This document shows, piece by piece, positions 40,273-53,704 of a stretch of 64,000 nt of DNA. The position numbers were made by a program, and so were the translations under genes. Under the pieces are notes generated by a model, which had not been told where the DNA came from, did no database searches, and saw only the letters and a program-made list of their open reading frames with translations. The stretch is from Dictyostelium discoideum. Its lineage: Eukaryota. The stretch lies in assembly GCA_000004695.1 (NCBI GenBank), contig CM000151.3, positions 64,001 through 128,000 of the forward strand, given 5' to 3'. Every line of letters begins with the position of its first letter. The first letter of the stretch is position 1.

Positions 40273-41064
40273 TTACCAACGTGGCATTTTTTTAAATCTT
40301 GGGTGATGAAATTTCATTTTAGAGAGTTTATCGATTGTATTGGTTACTAAAGCAATAAAATCTTGATTTTTCCAATCATTGTGAGAAGCTGGTGATACAT
40401 ATGGCATCATTAAAGCTGGCTTGGAGTTCCAAGTTCCAACCTATTATAAATATATATATTAATAATTGTTTTGATTTATACCACCATTTTTAACTTTGAA
40501 ATAAAAATTACCATAAATACTTACATGTGCACCCAAACCCCAAAGTTCTCTCCACTTTTCACACTCTTTGATCAATTCGTTTTCTGGTTTAATATTACAT
40601 TTTGAGAATTTTAATACGAAAACATGTCCTTCCAAAATACCAAAAAAGACACAACATAACCATACTCTTCCATGTTCTCCTCCTTTTAAATCATATAATA
40701 AAACACATGCCTTAACTAATTTCAATGGGGTATCTATAAAATAATGTAATTTTTTGATATTAATGTTGACCCAAAACCATGAAGATTGAACTACTTGTAT
40801 ATACATTCTTTTTACATCAAGTAAAGGAATTTCTGATTTTCTTCTAGAGTAATACATCTTCATCAATACAGAGTATAAAACTTTTGGTAATTGTTGATCT
40901 GAATATTTAAAAACCTTTGAGCCATATAAAATACGTTTACAGTGAGTTGGTGGTATAATATCATTATAATCGTTCGTTATTGTGGAATTTTGTAAATTTG
41001 AGGTTGATGTTAAAGTATCTGGTTTCTGAAGAGTTGTAGTAGTTGATTCATTTGATAATTCCAA
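40273..41064 (-). pseudogene. 5'-truncated copy of a duplicated gene (PD-(D/E)xK-like family). Exons 41064..40525 and 40440..40273 are retained.
   Basis: Encodes ..ESTTTTLQKPDTLTSTSNLQ..KRMYIQVVQSSWFWVNINIKKLHYFIDTPLKLVKACVLLYDLKGGEHGRVWLCCVFFGILEGHVFVLKFSKCNIKPENELIKECEKWRELWGLGAH, then a gtaagt donor, then VGTWNSKPALMMPYVSPASHNDWKNQDF..PRW*. The upstream part of the gene is replaced at 41080 by the duplicated A/B block. Confidence 0.5.
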
Positions 41065-41232
41065 TTTGGGAGCTTGAGCAGACTATGCTCCTAGACACAA
41101 AGTAATTTATTATAGTTTTATATATAATTATAATTTTATATATATAATTATAATTTTATATATATAATTATAATTTTATCAATTTAGATATTAAAAATAT
41201 ATTTTTTTTTTTTCTATTTATTTGTTAAGCAA

Positions 41233-42290
41233 TCAAGAAAATTCCTCTAAGGGTGGATAATTTTTACCAAAATAAAAAGATACTAATGTTTTATTTTCAC
41301 TTTTGTTATTGTTGATGGTAGCTTGAATTTGTTTTTTTAAATCTTGAATTTTATCTATAATTTGTCTTTTATTTACTATGCGATAATAATCATGATATGG
41401 AAAATCTAAAATCAATTCATTTATTTAAATTGAGTTTGGTGATTGAAATAATGAAATTACATCATCATAATTATCAAATATATCTATTGGTAATTGAATT
41501 GAATAAAGTGTTGTATTTGGATACTTTTTCATACAATTTAAAATGAATGAAATGAAATATGAAGCAACATGCACATTTCACCCCATTCCAAATCGTCAAT
41601 TACTGTCTGAAATTGCATGTCTTAATAAACCTTTAGGTGTAGAATTAAAGTTTTGGAAAAAGTTACCATGTAATTCGTTTATTGATAAATATTTTTACAG
41701 TCTCCAATTTATATATTGTTTTTGTAAATTTGATAATTTTAATAAAGTAATTGAATTAAAAATTGATGGTTTACAATTTAGTCATTTAGTTAATAATGAT
41801 CTAACTCAATTAAAACATTTAAAACTTTATTCTTGTCCTTCTTCATTACATGCAAGTACATTACAACCAGGTGCTTTGATATCTTTGAATAAAAGATGTC
41901 CAACTTTAAAAACACTTGCAATTCAGGTACCATTTCATTTAATAAACAAACATTATCATGGATGTAAAATAACTAAACAATGTTTTAATGGAGATAATCT
42001 TTCAAAAAATATTTCCAAAGAATGGAATGAATTGATAGTCACACTTTCTAATAATACATCAATTGTGAATCTAACCATTTCAAATTTTCCATGCGAATAT
42101 TTTCTAGACCCAATAAAATGTTATCAATATTCAAATTTAGAATTTAATGAAAATACAATCAAATGTATATCAGATGGATTTTATAATCTTATTAAAAATA
42201 ATAAATCCATAAAATTTTTAAGATTAATAAATATTGATTGTAGTGTTTCTCCAAATTCATTTTCAGCTTTACTATTTAATTCAACGATTA
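41233..42290. pseudogene. Rearranged fragments of the F-box/LRR-like gene 33475..35331. The 3' end lies on the minus strand (41233..41540), abutted to an internal segment on the plus strand (41543..42290).
   Basis: ORF 41233..41415 (-) equals the last 60 aa of the 618-aa gene. ORF 41543..42385 (+) equals its central 270 aa. The two pieces are in opposite orientation, so there is an inversion breakpoint near 41540. The 3' flank (41085..41232) is the same as 33345..33475. Confidence 0.7.
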
Positions 42291-42299
42291 AAACATTAG

Positions 42300-43090
42300 T
42301 TATAAATAATTTTCTAAATTCTTTGATTGTATTATTGCAGTTGATACATAAATTGGTGAAGAGTAATAATACCTTTGAATTTTGAAAAAGTTTCTATAAA
42401 ATTTGAAATCATTTTTAATTATTTCAAATAATTTCTTTAAATAAATTAAAATTAAATCTTTACGCCAACTAGATTGATCAGACTCTTTACGCCAACAAGT
42501 TTCACCAAATTCTAAATATCTACAATTTCTATAAACTTTTTCTTTTAAAATACTAATTTGATTTGAATCTATTAGTTTAGTTATTGACGATACTGAATCG
42601 TAACTAAATGAATATTGGTTATACATAAATGAGAATATCTTTTTATAAATTGCTTTATTTCTAAACAATTTCCAAAATAATATTTCGATTGGTTCTATAT
42701 TATCTGTAATTGTTTATTTTATGATTTTATTGAATGAATTAGTATTTTCTTTTCGTTCATGTTCTTCTTCATATTCTCTTTTTCTTTTTTTTACAATTTT
42801 AATCCTTTCAATTATTTCTTGTTTATTTAAGTGATTTATTTCTATACAATATGATTTTGCAATTTCTTTAATTGATTTTAAATTCTTTTTCTCTAATTCA
42901 CAATTATTATCATTATCTTTATCATCTTATTAATTAAAGATGATAAAAATAATTTAAATATATAAATTATTTTTCATTGTTGTGGTGGTGGGGGAAATTA
43001 AAAAATAAAAAAAAAAAAAAAAATATAAAAAAAAAAATAAAAAAAAAAAAACAAATAAAAAACATTTTTGTTGTGTAACGGATTTTATTT

Positions 43091-43137
<47 letters not shown>

Positions 43138-44727
43138 TTTTTACTATTTTATTAAATATTTATTTCTTTGTTTGAATATTATTTTTAAACGAATTCAAAT
43201 GACTACATAACCCCTGTAGCCCACAAATCCGGCTATTCGTCTTACAGGGCCTATTAGCCGCTTACAGGGGTTGTGTAATTAATATTTATTTATATTTTTA
43301 TTATGGGCTAATTCTTTTTTTATTATTTAATGATAATTTATATTAAAATATGATATATTATTAATTAATATTTAATATTAATTTGTTAAATATTTTATTA
43401 AATTATAATCTCTTTATAAAAAGTGAGAAATTACTGTCATAAAATATCTAATAAAAAAATAAATTTTCTAAAAATTTTTTTTCCAGCGAATAATAAAAAA
43501 AAAAAAACTATTTTGGTTAACCATGGGGTGATTTATTGTAATTTTTTAATAATTTTAGTTCTGTTTTTTTTTTTTAAATAGAGATATCAGAGATTATTAT
43601 GATATTTTGAATAATTGGATCATAGTAATAAACAATATTTTTAATTTTTTTCTTTTTTTTTTTTCTTTTCATTCTTTTTTTTTTAGTACTTAATCTTTAT
43701 TTTTTTCATCTTTCAAAATAAAAAAAAAATATTTATATAAATTTTAACTTTAAATTAAAATAAATAAATAAATTTTAAAATGACTGAAAAAATGCATGAA
43801 TTGAAAATTACAATATTTACTGATAAAGGGAGATCAACAATAAGTGGTATAGGTAAGTTAATTAGAATTATTAATTTATAAATATTTAATTTTGGTTTTT
43901 TTATTAAAAAATGTAACATTTAATTTCATTCTTCTGGCTTTTTTAAAAATATAGATTTTCCTCTACCTGTATTACCTTATCCTGCTCCATATACTTTTAG
44001 ATTATATGGATACAAAATTGAAGGCCCAAATTTAACCAATAAAGAATTTAAAGTAAAAACAGGTAAAATTGAATACAAAGGAGAAGAATTTGATATTCCT
44101 CCATCATCTAAGGGCTCATGGAGAGGAGTAGATGAAGAAATGGATTTAACCTATGTTACAATATATCCAAGTAGACAACCAAAAAAAGTTTTTCATTATT
44201 AGATCTTAAAAACAGATCTGAAACAATTAAAACAAAAATAAAAAATTTTAAAATTTTTTCATAATTGAATTGATATAAAAAAATAATTATTATTAAAAAA
44301 AAAATATGTGTGGAAAAAAAAAAAATTAAAAATAAAAAATATATTTGTTTATGGTGTTATGTTTTTTGGTAAGGTTTAAAGTGATCAAAAAATTATCATT
44401 CAAACTTGTATACCAGTGTTCGACCTTTTTCCACTTTTGGAAAAAAAGGGTGTTTTTTTTAATTTCCCTTCCATTCCATGTTTTTTTTAAAAACTTCCAT
44501 ATTAATATAATATTTTTTCCATTTTTTTTTTTTCAATTAACCAGGGAAGGCCGAAATTTTTTTTTTTATTTTTTTTTTGTAATATCTTAATAAACGTTTA
44601 TTAATTAAAAAAAAAAAAAAAAAAAAAAGTAAAATGATAAATAATATTAATAAAAAAACAATAATAATAAATAATAATTTAAAAACAAAATAAAGATTAA
44701 TTTGCATTATCCAATTTTATTTATTTA

Positions 44728-44776
<49 letters not shown>

Positions 44777-44858
44777 ATTTTGTTTAATTTGATTCGATTC
44801 TATTTTATTTTATTTGATTTGATTTGATTTGATTTGATTTGATTTGATTTGATTTTTT

Positions 44859-44899
<41 letters not shown>

Positions 44900-47800
44900 C
44901 ATTATAATCTTTTTTCCAATTATTTCCATTATATATAAATATATTGGAAAATCTTCCATTTTCCATTTTCCACCATAATTTGGATTTTTTTTTTTCCGGA
45001 AATTGGCCAACACTATTGTATACTATATTCATAACAATCTGGAAGGTTGATGGCTATATCAAGAGGATCATCAGAAGTCCATGGGAAGGGAATTTATTGG
45101 TTTCAGAAACATCATATGGATGAATGATACATTTGAAATTTAAAATATTATTATTAATTGAGGCATTTTTATTAGATTGAGTAAAAATTTTATTGTGGAA
45201 TTTTCATAATTAAAATTATTTTTTTTTTTTTTTTTAGAAATTTTTCACCTTTACATTTTCCCTATTTTTTCTTTTTTTCACCCCTGCCCCTTTTCAATTA
45301 AAAAAAAATAGTGAAAAAAAAAGTAAATTAATAAATTATAAAAAAACAAATAAAAATAAATAAATTATATTATTAATTTTATTTGAAAAATAGAATGTTG
45401 ATATTTGGTTTGATAATTTTCAAATTATTTATTAGTAATTGTAATAAATTGAAATAGAAACCTTGATTAAGAGGTACCTCATTTTATTTTATTTTTTTTA
45501 AATATAATTACTGATAGTTTTGTACTGTAATTGGTAACTCTTTATTATTGTTTTGAAAAATGGATTATTAATATGATTCTTCTAAATACTTATTATGACC
45601 TTTAATTTTAATTTCTTTAAAAAATATGTTTCTTGATTTTTGTTCTTGTTTTGTTGAAATATTATTTATTAAATTTTTAAATTCTTTAATAAATTCATCA
45701 ACTAATTCCTTGTCATAATATAATGTAAAAAAAAAAAAAAAAAAAAACTCTGTTTCTGACAACAAAACAGTCACAATTTTTTTAACTAAAAAACAAAAAT
45801 TATTATCTTATTTTAAATTTTTATTTTATTTTTTTTCTGTGTGGGTGCAAAAAAAAGCTTTTTTTTTTTTTTTTTTTTTTTTTTTGGTAAAACAAAATTT
45901 TTTTTTTTTTTTTTTTTTTTTCGCACCCCTTCATTTACTTATTTTTCTTGTTGATATCATTAAAATCAATAGTTTTTTTCAAAATGTCAAAAAGAATTAT
46001 TAATTTCAATTGGTTCATATAGATTGGGAAATTAATGAATCATTTAATAAAGACAATTATTATTAACTTTATTTATTTTAAATTGTAGATATATTCTCAA
46101 ATCCAAAAACAGGTATGGGTCATTCAAATGATGCTCTTTCACTTTTTATAAAAGCTTAAAGAGAGATTGGTTATTATCCAAATATTGATAAAGCAATTTT
46201 CACAACTACAGTCACAACTTTAGCTAAAACCACTATTGATTTAATATTCAATGAAAACAGTTGGAATCAAAATAAATCAAAACCAATTTCAATTTATAAT
46301 TTAAATGGTAATTCAATTGAATTGAAATTATTTTATAGTGTATTAGAAAACAGTTTTAAATGTAATGAAATCCAATTCGATGAATGGATTGAATTAGTTA
46401 CAAAATCAAATGGAAAATCTTCAAAAAGATATTCAACATTCCACATTCTCAATAATCAAAATTAATGAATCAATCATTTTAAATAATATTAATAATAACA
46501 ATAACTAAAATAATAAAAAATAAAAAATATCATAATCAATAGTTGGCAAACGTACACTATTAACCAATGCTTAAGTACCAGGTTGTGTTGAAAATGATCC
46601 CAAAGAATATATACCTATCACCTTGGTTTGTAATTGGAAATGAATAATCTGTATATTCTCAAATAAACAATTAATGGTGTCGTACTATCAACTGGTTTCA
46701 AATACAATACCACATTACAATCTTGTTCAGAAAGATATTATTATTTTTATATATTTTTTAAATGTTATAAATTAATTTTTCTTTGAAAAAAAAAAAAAAC
46801 AAAACAAAATAAAAAGTACTTTTTTTTTTAAATTTAATCAAATTAATGGAAAATGTCCAAACCAAATTACAAGAATTTAAAACAAATTAATAAACTATTT
46901 TTATTTGTATAATGAATTTGAAAGTTGATTTTATTTTATTTTATCATTTGATAGATGATATTTTGGTGAATAATAATGAAAATTGTGATCCAACTTTTTA
47001 ACTGCCCATGTTATAACTATATTAATGTTGTGTTGAGATCATTACAAACTATGAAGTATTTCTAGGAAAGAGATGAAGGTACTAACAAGATCTTACTTTT
47101 CAAAAAGTTGATTTAACATTGACTCTTTAATAAATTGAACATCTTCATTTGTTTCAAATAAAACAAGATCAAAAAATACTACTTAATAACATTATTGGAA
47201 TCCAAATATTTAGCAACGTGACATTTTTTTAAATCTTGGTGATGAAATTTCATTTTAGAGAGTTTATCGATTGTATTGGTTACTAAAGCAATAAAATCTT
47301 GATTTTTCCAATCTTTGTCAGAAGCTGGTGACACATATGGCATCATTAAAGCTGGCTTGGAGTTCCAAGTTCCAACCTATTATAAATAGATATTAATAAT
47401 AGTTTTGATTAATACCATTTTTAACTTTGAAATAAAAAAATAACCATAAATACTTACATGTGCATCCAAACCCCAAAGTTCTCTCCACTTTTCACACTCT
47501 TTGATCAATTCATTTTCTGGTGAAATATTACATCTTGAGAATTTTAAAACGAAAACATGTCCTTCTAAAACACCAGCGGAGGCACAACATAACCATACTC
47601 TTCCATGTGCTCCTCCTTTTAAATCATATAATAAAACACATGCCTTAACTAATTTCAATGGGGTATCGATAAAATAAAGTAATTTTTTGATTTTAATGTT
47701 AACCCAAAACCATGAAGATTGAACTACTTGTATATACATTCTTTTTCCATCAAGTAAAGGGATTTCTGATTTTCTTTTAGAGTAATACATCTTAATCAAT

Positions 47801-48010
47801 ACAGAGTATAAAACTTTTGGTAATTGTTGATCTGAATATTTATAAACCTTAGAGCCATATAAAATACGTTTATAGGGAGTTGGTGGTAAAATATCATCAT
47901 TATCGTTCGTTTTTGTGGAATCTTGTAAATTTGAGGTTGATGTTTAAGTATCTGGTTTCTGAAGAGTGGTAGTAGATTCATTTGTTAATCCCAATTTGGA
48001 AGCTTGGGCA
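42300..48010. repeat. Segmental duplication, copy 2, comprising units D and E. It includes copy-2-specific segments at about 44400..44630 and 46210..47000.
   Basis: Collinear and near-identical with 36593..41080. Contains the second GC-rich island (43200..43290), the second copy of the small gene (43780..44202), the (GATTT)n repeat, and the longer copy of the PD-(D/E)xK-like gene. Confidence 0.8.
43780..44202 (+). CDS. Small hypothetical two-exon protein, copy 2 (paralogue of 38029..38452)
   Basis: MTEKMHELKITIFTDKGRSTISGIG / DFPLPVLPYPAPYTFRLYGYKIEGPNLTNKEFKVKTGKIEYKGEEFDIPPSSKGSWRGVDEEMDLTYVTIYPSRQPKKVFHY. The intron positions match copy 1. Substitutions are mostly non-synonymous-tolerant, so both copies appear intact. 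Confidence 0.55.
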
Positions 48011-48972
48011 GATCCATCTGAAATAGGTAACCAACATACCCTCCAGCTCTCATATGTTGTTGAAATACCATAAACATCTTCCTGACCATACATTTCAGCG
48101 ATACTTAACACGTAATTCAACGTTTGGCCATGAAGCTTATCATTCTCCATAATGTTTTTACTTGGCTTTTTAACTTCAATAATACCTATAGGTAACCCAA
48201 TTGAATTTGCAAGTACCATAATATCAGGTTTCAAATCACTAACACCAAAATAGCTTGAACAATATGCATTTATACCACATGATTTGATAATGTCATTAAC
48301 TGCGGTTCTAACATAAAAAGCAATGTCGGATTCTGTGGAGTAATGGAGGTAGCTTCCGTTTCCAAGAGACCCCCATAATAAATTGTGGCATGGAATTGGT
48401 TTTATGTCTGCTAAAATTTCAAAACTTTTCGATACCAAAGTTGCAGGTTGATGATTTTTCCCAACAGATGGATTTGACATTGAGCCTGACTTCTCACCCA
48501 AAGGAGGTAAAGCATTAGCAAAAATATCCTTCTTTGGTTCTGTATTATGTAAATTGTATATTAATTAGTTAAAAAGTTTTAAAAATTAATTTATTATGAT
48601 TTAACCTACCATACAAAATATTCTTCTTTGGTTCTGTATTATGTAAATTGTATAATTAATCAGTTAAAAAGTTTTAAAAATTAATTTATTAATTATGATT
48701 TTAAAAGGGATAAACCTACCATATAAAACATAAATATGAGTTGGAATATTGTTTTCATTTAATTTGGTTTCGATATCCAATTCTTTTTCCCCCAATCCAT
48801 CACCTACTGGTTGTTTATCGAAGATTGATAAATCTTTTGTTTTATATTGTACTCCATTATCGCTAATATATTCTGCTATTATTTTTAAAACATCATATAT
48901 TCTGTTAACTGACTCAAATTTAATTTCATCTTTTTTATTATTTAAATAAACAATACAACTAAAAGAAACCAT
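47110..48972 (-). pseudogene. Longer copy of the duplicated PD-(D/E)xK-like gene. It carries an in-frame nonsense codon and indels.
   Basis: Exon 1 (48972..~48718) encodes MVSFSCIVYLNNKKDEIKFESVNRIYDVLKIIAEYISDNG..., ending at a gtagg donor. It continues ..EKSGSMSNPSVGKNHQPATL..DLKPDIMVLANSIGLPIGIIEVKKPSKNIMEND.. (D...E-x-K, resembling a restriction-endonuclease-like fold). There is a TAA at 47944-46 where copy 1 has TTA (Leu). There is a frame change between 47981 and 47799, and single-base deletions in the last exon relative to copy 1. Confidence 0.5.
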
Positions 48973-49022
48973 TATTATAGTTACTATTTAATAATATAGT
49001 TAAAAAAAAAAAAAGAAATATG

Positions 49023-49063
<41 letters not shown>

Positions 49064-49435
49064 AAAAAACTACTTTTGGAGCCAAAACAATTCCAATTAG
49101 TTTTCATTATAAAATTATATATTTCTGAAAATAGTAAATTCAATTATTGATATAAAAATAATTACTTCTAAAAATTATAATAGTATTAATAACCCTTTAA
49201 TTCTGTCGAAAATTCTTAGAATTTATAAAAAATGTAGGAAATGTTTTGTAATTAATATTATAAAAATAAATTTTAATTTATTATAAATTAATAACTTTTT
49301 TTTAGACCAAACAATTATTAATTCTTTTTAGGAAGTTTTTCTTTTTTTAAAAAATTAATAATTTATTTTTAGTTTATTCAAAATAAACCATAAAATAAAA
49401 TAATATTACATTTGATCTAAACTAATAAAAATTGA

Positions 49436-49470
<35 letters not shown>

Positions 49471-49811
49471 TTTTTTTTTTATTTTATTTATTTACAATAG
49501 TTTATTTTTGTTGATCGATTTGTTATATTATTGTCCATTTTATTGAATTTAAAAAGTGTACATTTGTGGTCTTGTGAAGATATTGTTGTAACGATGATCA
49601 GCAGCTTGAACAGAATTTAATGATTCTGAATTATTAAAAGAATTGTTATTATTTGAAATAGAGTTTTTATTTAATTTTGGTGAGTTTAAAATTTGATATA
49701 ATGATTCTATTATTAATAAAAAAAAATAAAAATCAATTAATATTTTCATTAAAAACTAAAATTTTTAAATTGTTGTGTGTGTTTTTTTTTTATAAAATAC
49801 ATACTAAATAA

Positions 49812-49868
<57 letters not shown>

Positions 49869-50949
49869 TTAATTAATACTTGAAGTTAAAAAATAAAAGG
49901 AAATGAATTTAATTTTTATAATTTTTTGAAGTTTACAAAATATTTTTTATAGTTTTATTAATTCTTTTTTTAATTTTGATGTTATTGTTATTGTATTTGA
50001 TTGAATATAAAATATTTTTTTTTTTTTTCAACAACTATTTAAGTAAGTAAATCCTTACTTGTGAAATTGAATTTAATAAATACCTTTTTGTATAAATAAA
50101 GGTAATTTGTAATTTAATGTTGACAACATTGTTAAATTACAAAATTTAAAAATAATTTAATTAAAATTAATTATTATTTTTTAAAATGTTCCCACACCCT
50201 GTCACAATCACACAAGTACATCGTATGATTTAAAACAAGTAAAAAATTATATAATTAGATTATTACTCAGTTGGATTTATGATGTAAATTTAAAACATAG
50301 AGTATATATATATCATGTATATTCGTAATAGAAGACAAGTAACAGTATTTTTATTGATATTTTTTAGTTTTCTTCAAAATAATTATTTCATTTTTTTTTT
50401 TTTTTTTTTTTTTTATTAAATCCAAAGAAAATTAAAACTTGGTATTTAAAAAAACTCTCGTTGATTAAAATAAAATCAATTCAAATTTAATATATTAAAT
50501 CAACTATATTTCAGTTTTTATTTAATTTTATTATTAAGTATAATAATAATAATAATAAAAATAAATAAAAAATAATTTAAAAAATAAAAAAAATAAAAAA
50601 TTAATTAAAAAGGATTTAATTTTTATTTTTATTTTTATCTTTGTTTTTATTTTATTTTTATTTTTATTTTTATTTTTATTTTTATTTTTATTTTTATTTT
50701 TATTTTTATTTTTATTTTTACTCTTATTTTATTACTTTTTTATTACTTTTTTTATTTTATTTTTTTTTTATATTTAAGGTTTTTAATTTTTATTATTTTT
50801 ACATTTTTTTGTAATGAGACCTTAATTTTAAAATGTATAGTTTTTTTTAAGTCAAAAGATTTAAATATTATGAAAATATTAAGCTCCACAAATCAATTAA
50901 AAAAATTATACTAATTTAAAAAATTATTCGGTTTTTTTGTTTTTTTTTC

Positions 50950-50985
<36 letters not shown>

Positions 50986-50999
50986 CTCCCAAACTAAAC

Positions 51000-52100
51000 A
51001 TGATAATAAATCAGCAAATTAAATTATTAAATATTTTAAAATTTTATGGTCAAAAAAAAAGTTTAGATATTTTAAATAATGTCTCAAATAAAATAAAACC
51101 ATTTATTAGTGATAAACGTTTAAAGAGATTTGAAGATTCAATTAATAATAGAAATAAAAGGTAGATTATTTTTTTTTTTTGATTTTCTATTTTTTTTTTT
51201 CTTTTTTTTTTCTTTTTACGTTAAAAAAAAATTTAAAAATTTAAAAATAATAAAATTAAATGAATTATTTAAATTATAAATATTTAAATATTTAAATAAA
51301 ATAAAAAAAAAAAAAAAAAAAAAAATAGATTTATTATAGTTTGTGAGAATTTAGATAATCCTGGTAATTTCGCAGCGGTTGTTAGATCAGCAGATGCTAT
51401 TGGTATTCAAAATTTATGTTTAATTAATGAAGGTGGTAATTTAGATTCAAATTTTGAAAAATATGATAGAGTTAGTTTAGGTTCAGGTAAATGGGTAACA
51501 GTTAATAAATACTATTCAACAACTAAATGTATAGAGAAATTAAAAGAACAAGGTTATTCAATATGGGCATCAGATTTATCTGCAACTGCATTCCAGTTTG
51601 ATCAACTTATTTTTCAACCAAATAAACTCACTCCTCAATTATCTTATTTTTTATCAGAATCAATTAAAAATGTAAATTCTTTAAATAATAATAATCAAGA
51701 AGAAGAAGAATTAATTAAAAATTTAGCTATAAATGAATTGTATAATAATAATAATAAAATTGTAAATAATAATAATAATAAAAATTTCATAAGAAATGAT
51801 GAAAAGATTGCACTAGTATTTGGTAATGAATCTAATGGTATTTCAGAATTAATGAGATCATTATCAGATAGAAGGTTTTATTTACCAATGGTTGGATTTG
51901 TAGAATCTTTTAATATTAGTGTTAGTGTTGCAATGACTTTATCTTTCTTAAAAATGCAAGGAGTAATAACTCCTGATCTATCACCATTGGATAAAATAAA
52001 ACTATTAAATAAATTTGTTTTATCCTCTATACCAAAGAATAAACTGGTTTTAGAAAAACTTGGTTTTGATAGTGATTTAATTTTAAAGTTAATAAAATAA
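51000..52100 (+). CDS. SpoU/TrmH-family RNA 2'-O-ribose methyltransferase (SPOUT class). Two exons: 51000..51160 and 51329..52100.
   Basis: Exon 1: MIINQQIKLLNILKFYGQKK...NNRNK, ending at a gtagat donor, phase 2. The acceptor is aaaatag. Exon 2: FIIVCENLDNPGNFAAVVRSADAIGIQNLCLIN (motif 1), ALVFGNESNGIS (motif 2) and ESFNISVSVAMTLSF (motif 3). An N/E-rich insertion lies between motifs 1 and 2. Confidence 0.8.
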
Positions 52101-52404
52101 TAATAATAAATTAATAAAAAAAAAAGTTAAAAATGATAAAAAAAAAAAAGATAAAAAAAAGTTAAAAAATGAAAAAGATAAAAAAAAAAAAAACCAACAT
52201 TAATGTAAAAAAAAAATAAAAAAAAAAGGTAAACAATAATTAAAGTAACTTAAAAATAATTTTTTATTAATTTTTTTTTTTTAATTAAATAAAAAATAAC
52301 ATTGGTTTTTTTTATTTTTATTTTTTTTTTTTTGAAAATATATATAGATTTACAAATGGGTTCAAAATAAAAATAAAAATGGGGAACAACAATCAAAGTT
52401 GATT

Positions 52405-52436
<32 letters not shown>

Positions 52437-53037
52437 ATTGCCCTTTGGGGTTTATCTCTTTTTATCTAAATATAGGTTCACCTTGTTGTTTATAAAAAAA
52501 ATTTATAAAAGAGAAGATAACAATTTTATTTTATTTTTTTTTTTTTTTAAAACAATTATTGTTATTACTTTTTTTATTTTATTTTTATTTTTATTTTTAT
52601 TTTTATTAATTATTTTTATTTTATTTTTTTTTTAAAATATTTTTTTATTATTTAAATATATTAAATGTTGGAATTTGATTAATAATGACGATAATTTAAA
52701 ATAAGATTTTATCGAGATATAATATTTTCATAAATCCCCATATAATTTTTTTAACAATTTTATTTTATATATTATTGGGATCATCAATTCTTTAAAAGAA
52801 TATACATAAAAAGAAAATTAAAAAAAAAAAAAAAAAAAAAAATGAAAACAAATTAAAAATATTTTTTTTTTTTTTTTTAAAAAAAAACAAATAAATCACC
52901 CCAACAGATAAAAACAAAACAAAAAAAAATAAAAAACAAAACAAAAAAAACACACTCCCATATTTACATGCATACATTAATAATTATAATCACTTTGTTA
53001 ATGTATTGTTTTTTTTTTTTTTTTTTGAAGTGTGTAC

Positions 53038-53068
<31 letters not shown>

Positions 53069-53704
53069 CAAATTCATTATACAACCACAATTACCACAAT
53101 ATATATTTATTTTTATTTTTATTTTTATTTTTTGGTTGTATATTTTTTAATATTATTATTAATATTAATAAACATTTTTTTTTAATTTATTTATTTTTTT
53201 TTTTTAAAAAAAAAAAAGTACTCATTATCTTTTTTTTTTGAAAAGTTTTATTCCTTTTTTATTTTTTTTGTTTCTTTTATTTTATTTTTTCTTTTTTGTT
53301 TTTTATACTAATAATAAATAATTATTTATTATTTCAATTTTTATTTGTATATATATACCACACACACACATTTTAAATCATAAAATTTTTAATCTATTAT
53401 AGTTTTTAATCTTAAAAAATCATACCAAAAATTTAAAAAAAGAAACAATAATAATAAAGAATAATAAAAAAAATAAAAGAATAATAAAAAAATAAAACCA
53501 AAAGAAATAATAAATAAAACAGAAAACAGAAAAAAAAAAAAAAATAAAGAATAAAAAGTAATTTTTTTTTTTTTTTTTTTATTTTTTTTTTTTTTTCTTC
53601 TTTTATTATTAATTTATAAACTCCAATTGGAAAATAATAAATTATTAATTATTTTTTTTTTTTTTTCCAGAAAGAATAAAAAAAAAAAATAAAAATAAAA
53701 TAAA

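Larger units (their letters stand above)
36593..41080. repeat. Segmental duplication, copy 1, comprising units D and E
   Basis: Near-identical to 42300..48010, apart from a roughly 790-bp segment and a roughly 230-bp segment present only in copy 2. Contents: the family-2 fragment, a GC-rich inverted-repeat island, a small two-exon gene, a (GATTT)n repeat, and the 3' part of a PD-(D/E)xK-like gene. Confidence 0.8.

Noticed and set aside
49549-49749. ORF 49549..49749 (-), 66 aa, with an ATG and a hydrophobic N-terminus
   Set aside because: Could be a small secreted peptide, but it is short and N/S-rich, has no homologue I recognise, and lies in a long AT-rich intergenic stretch. The evidence is insufficient.
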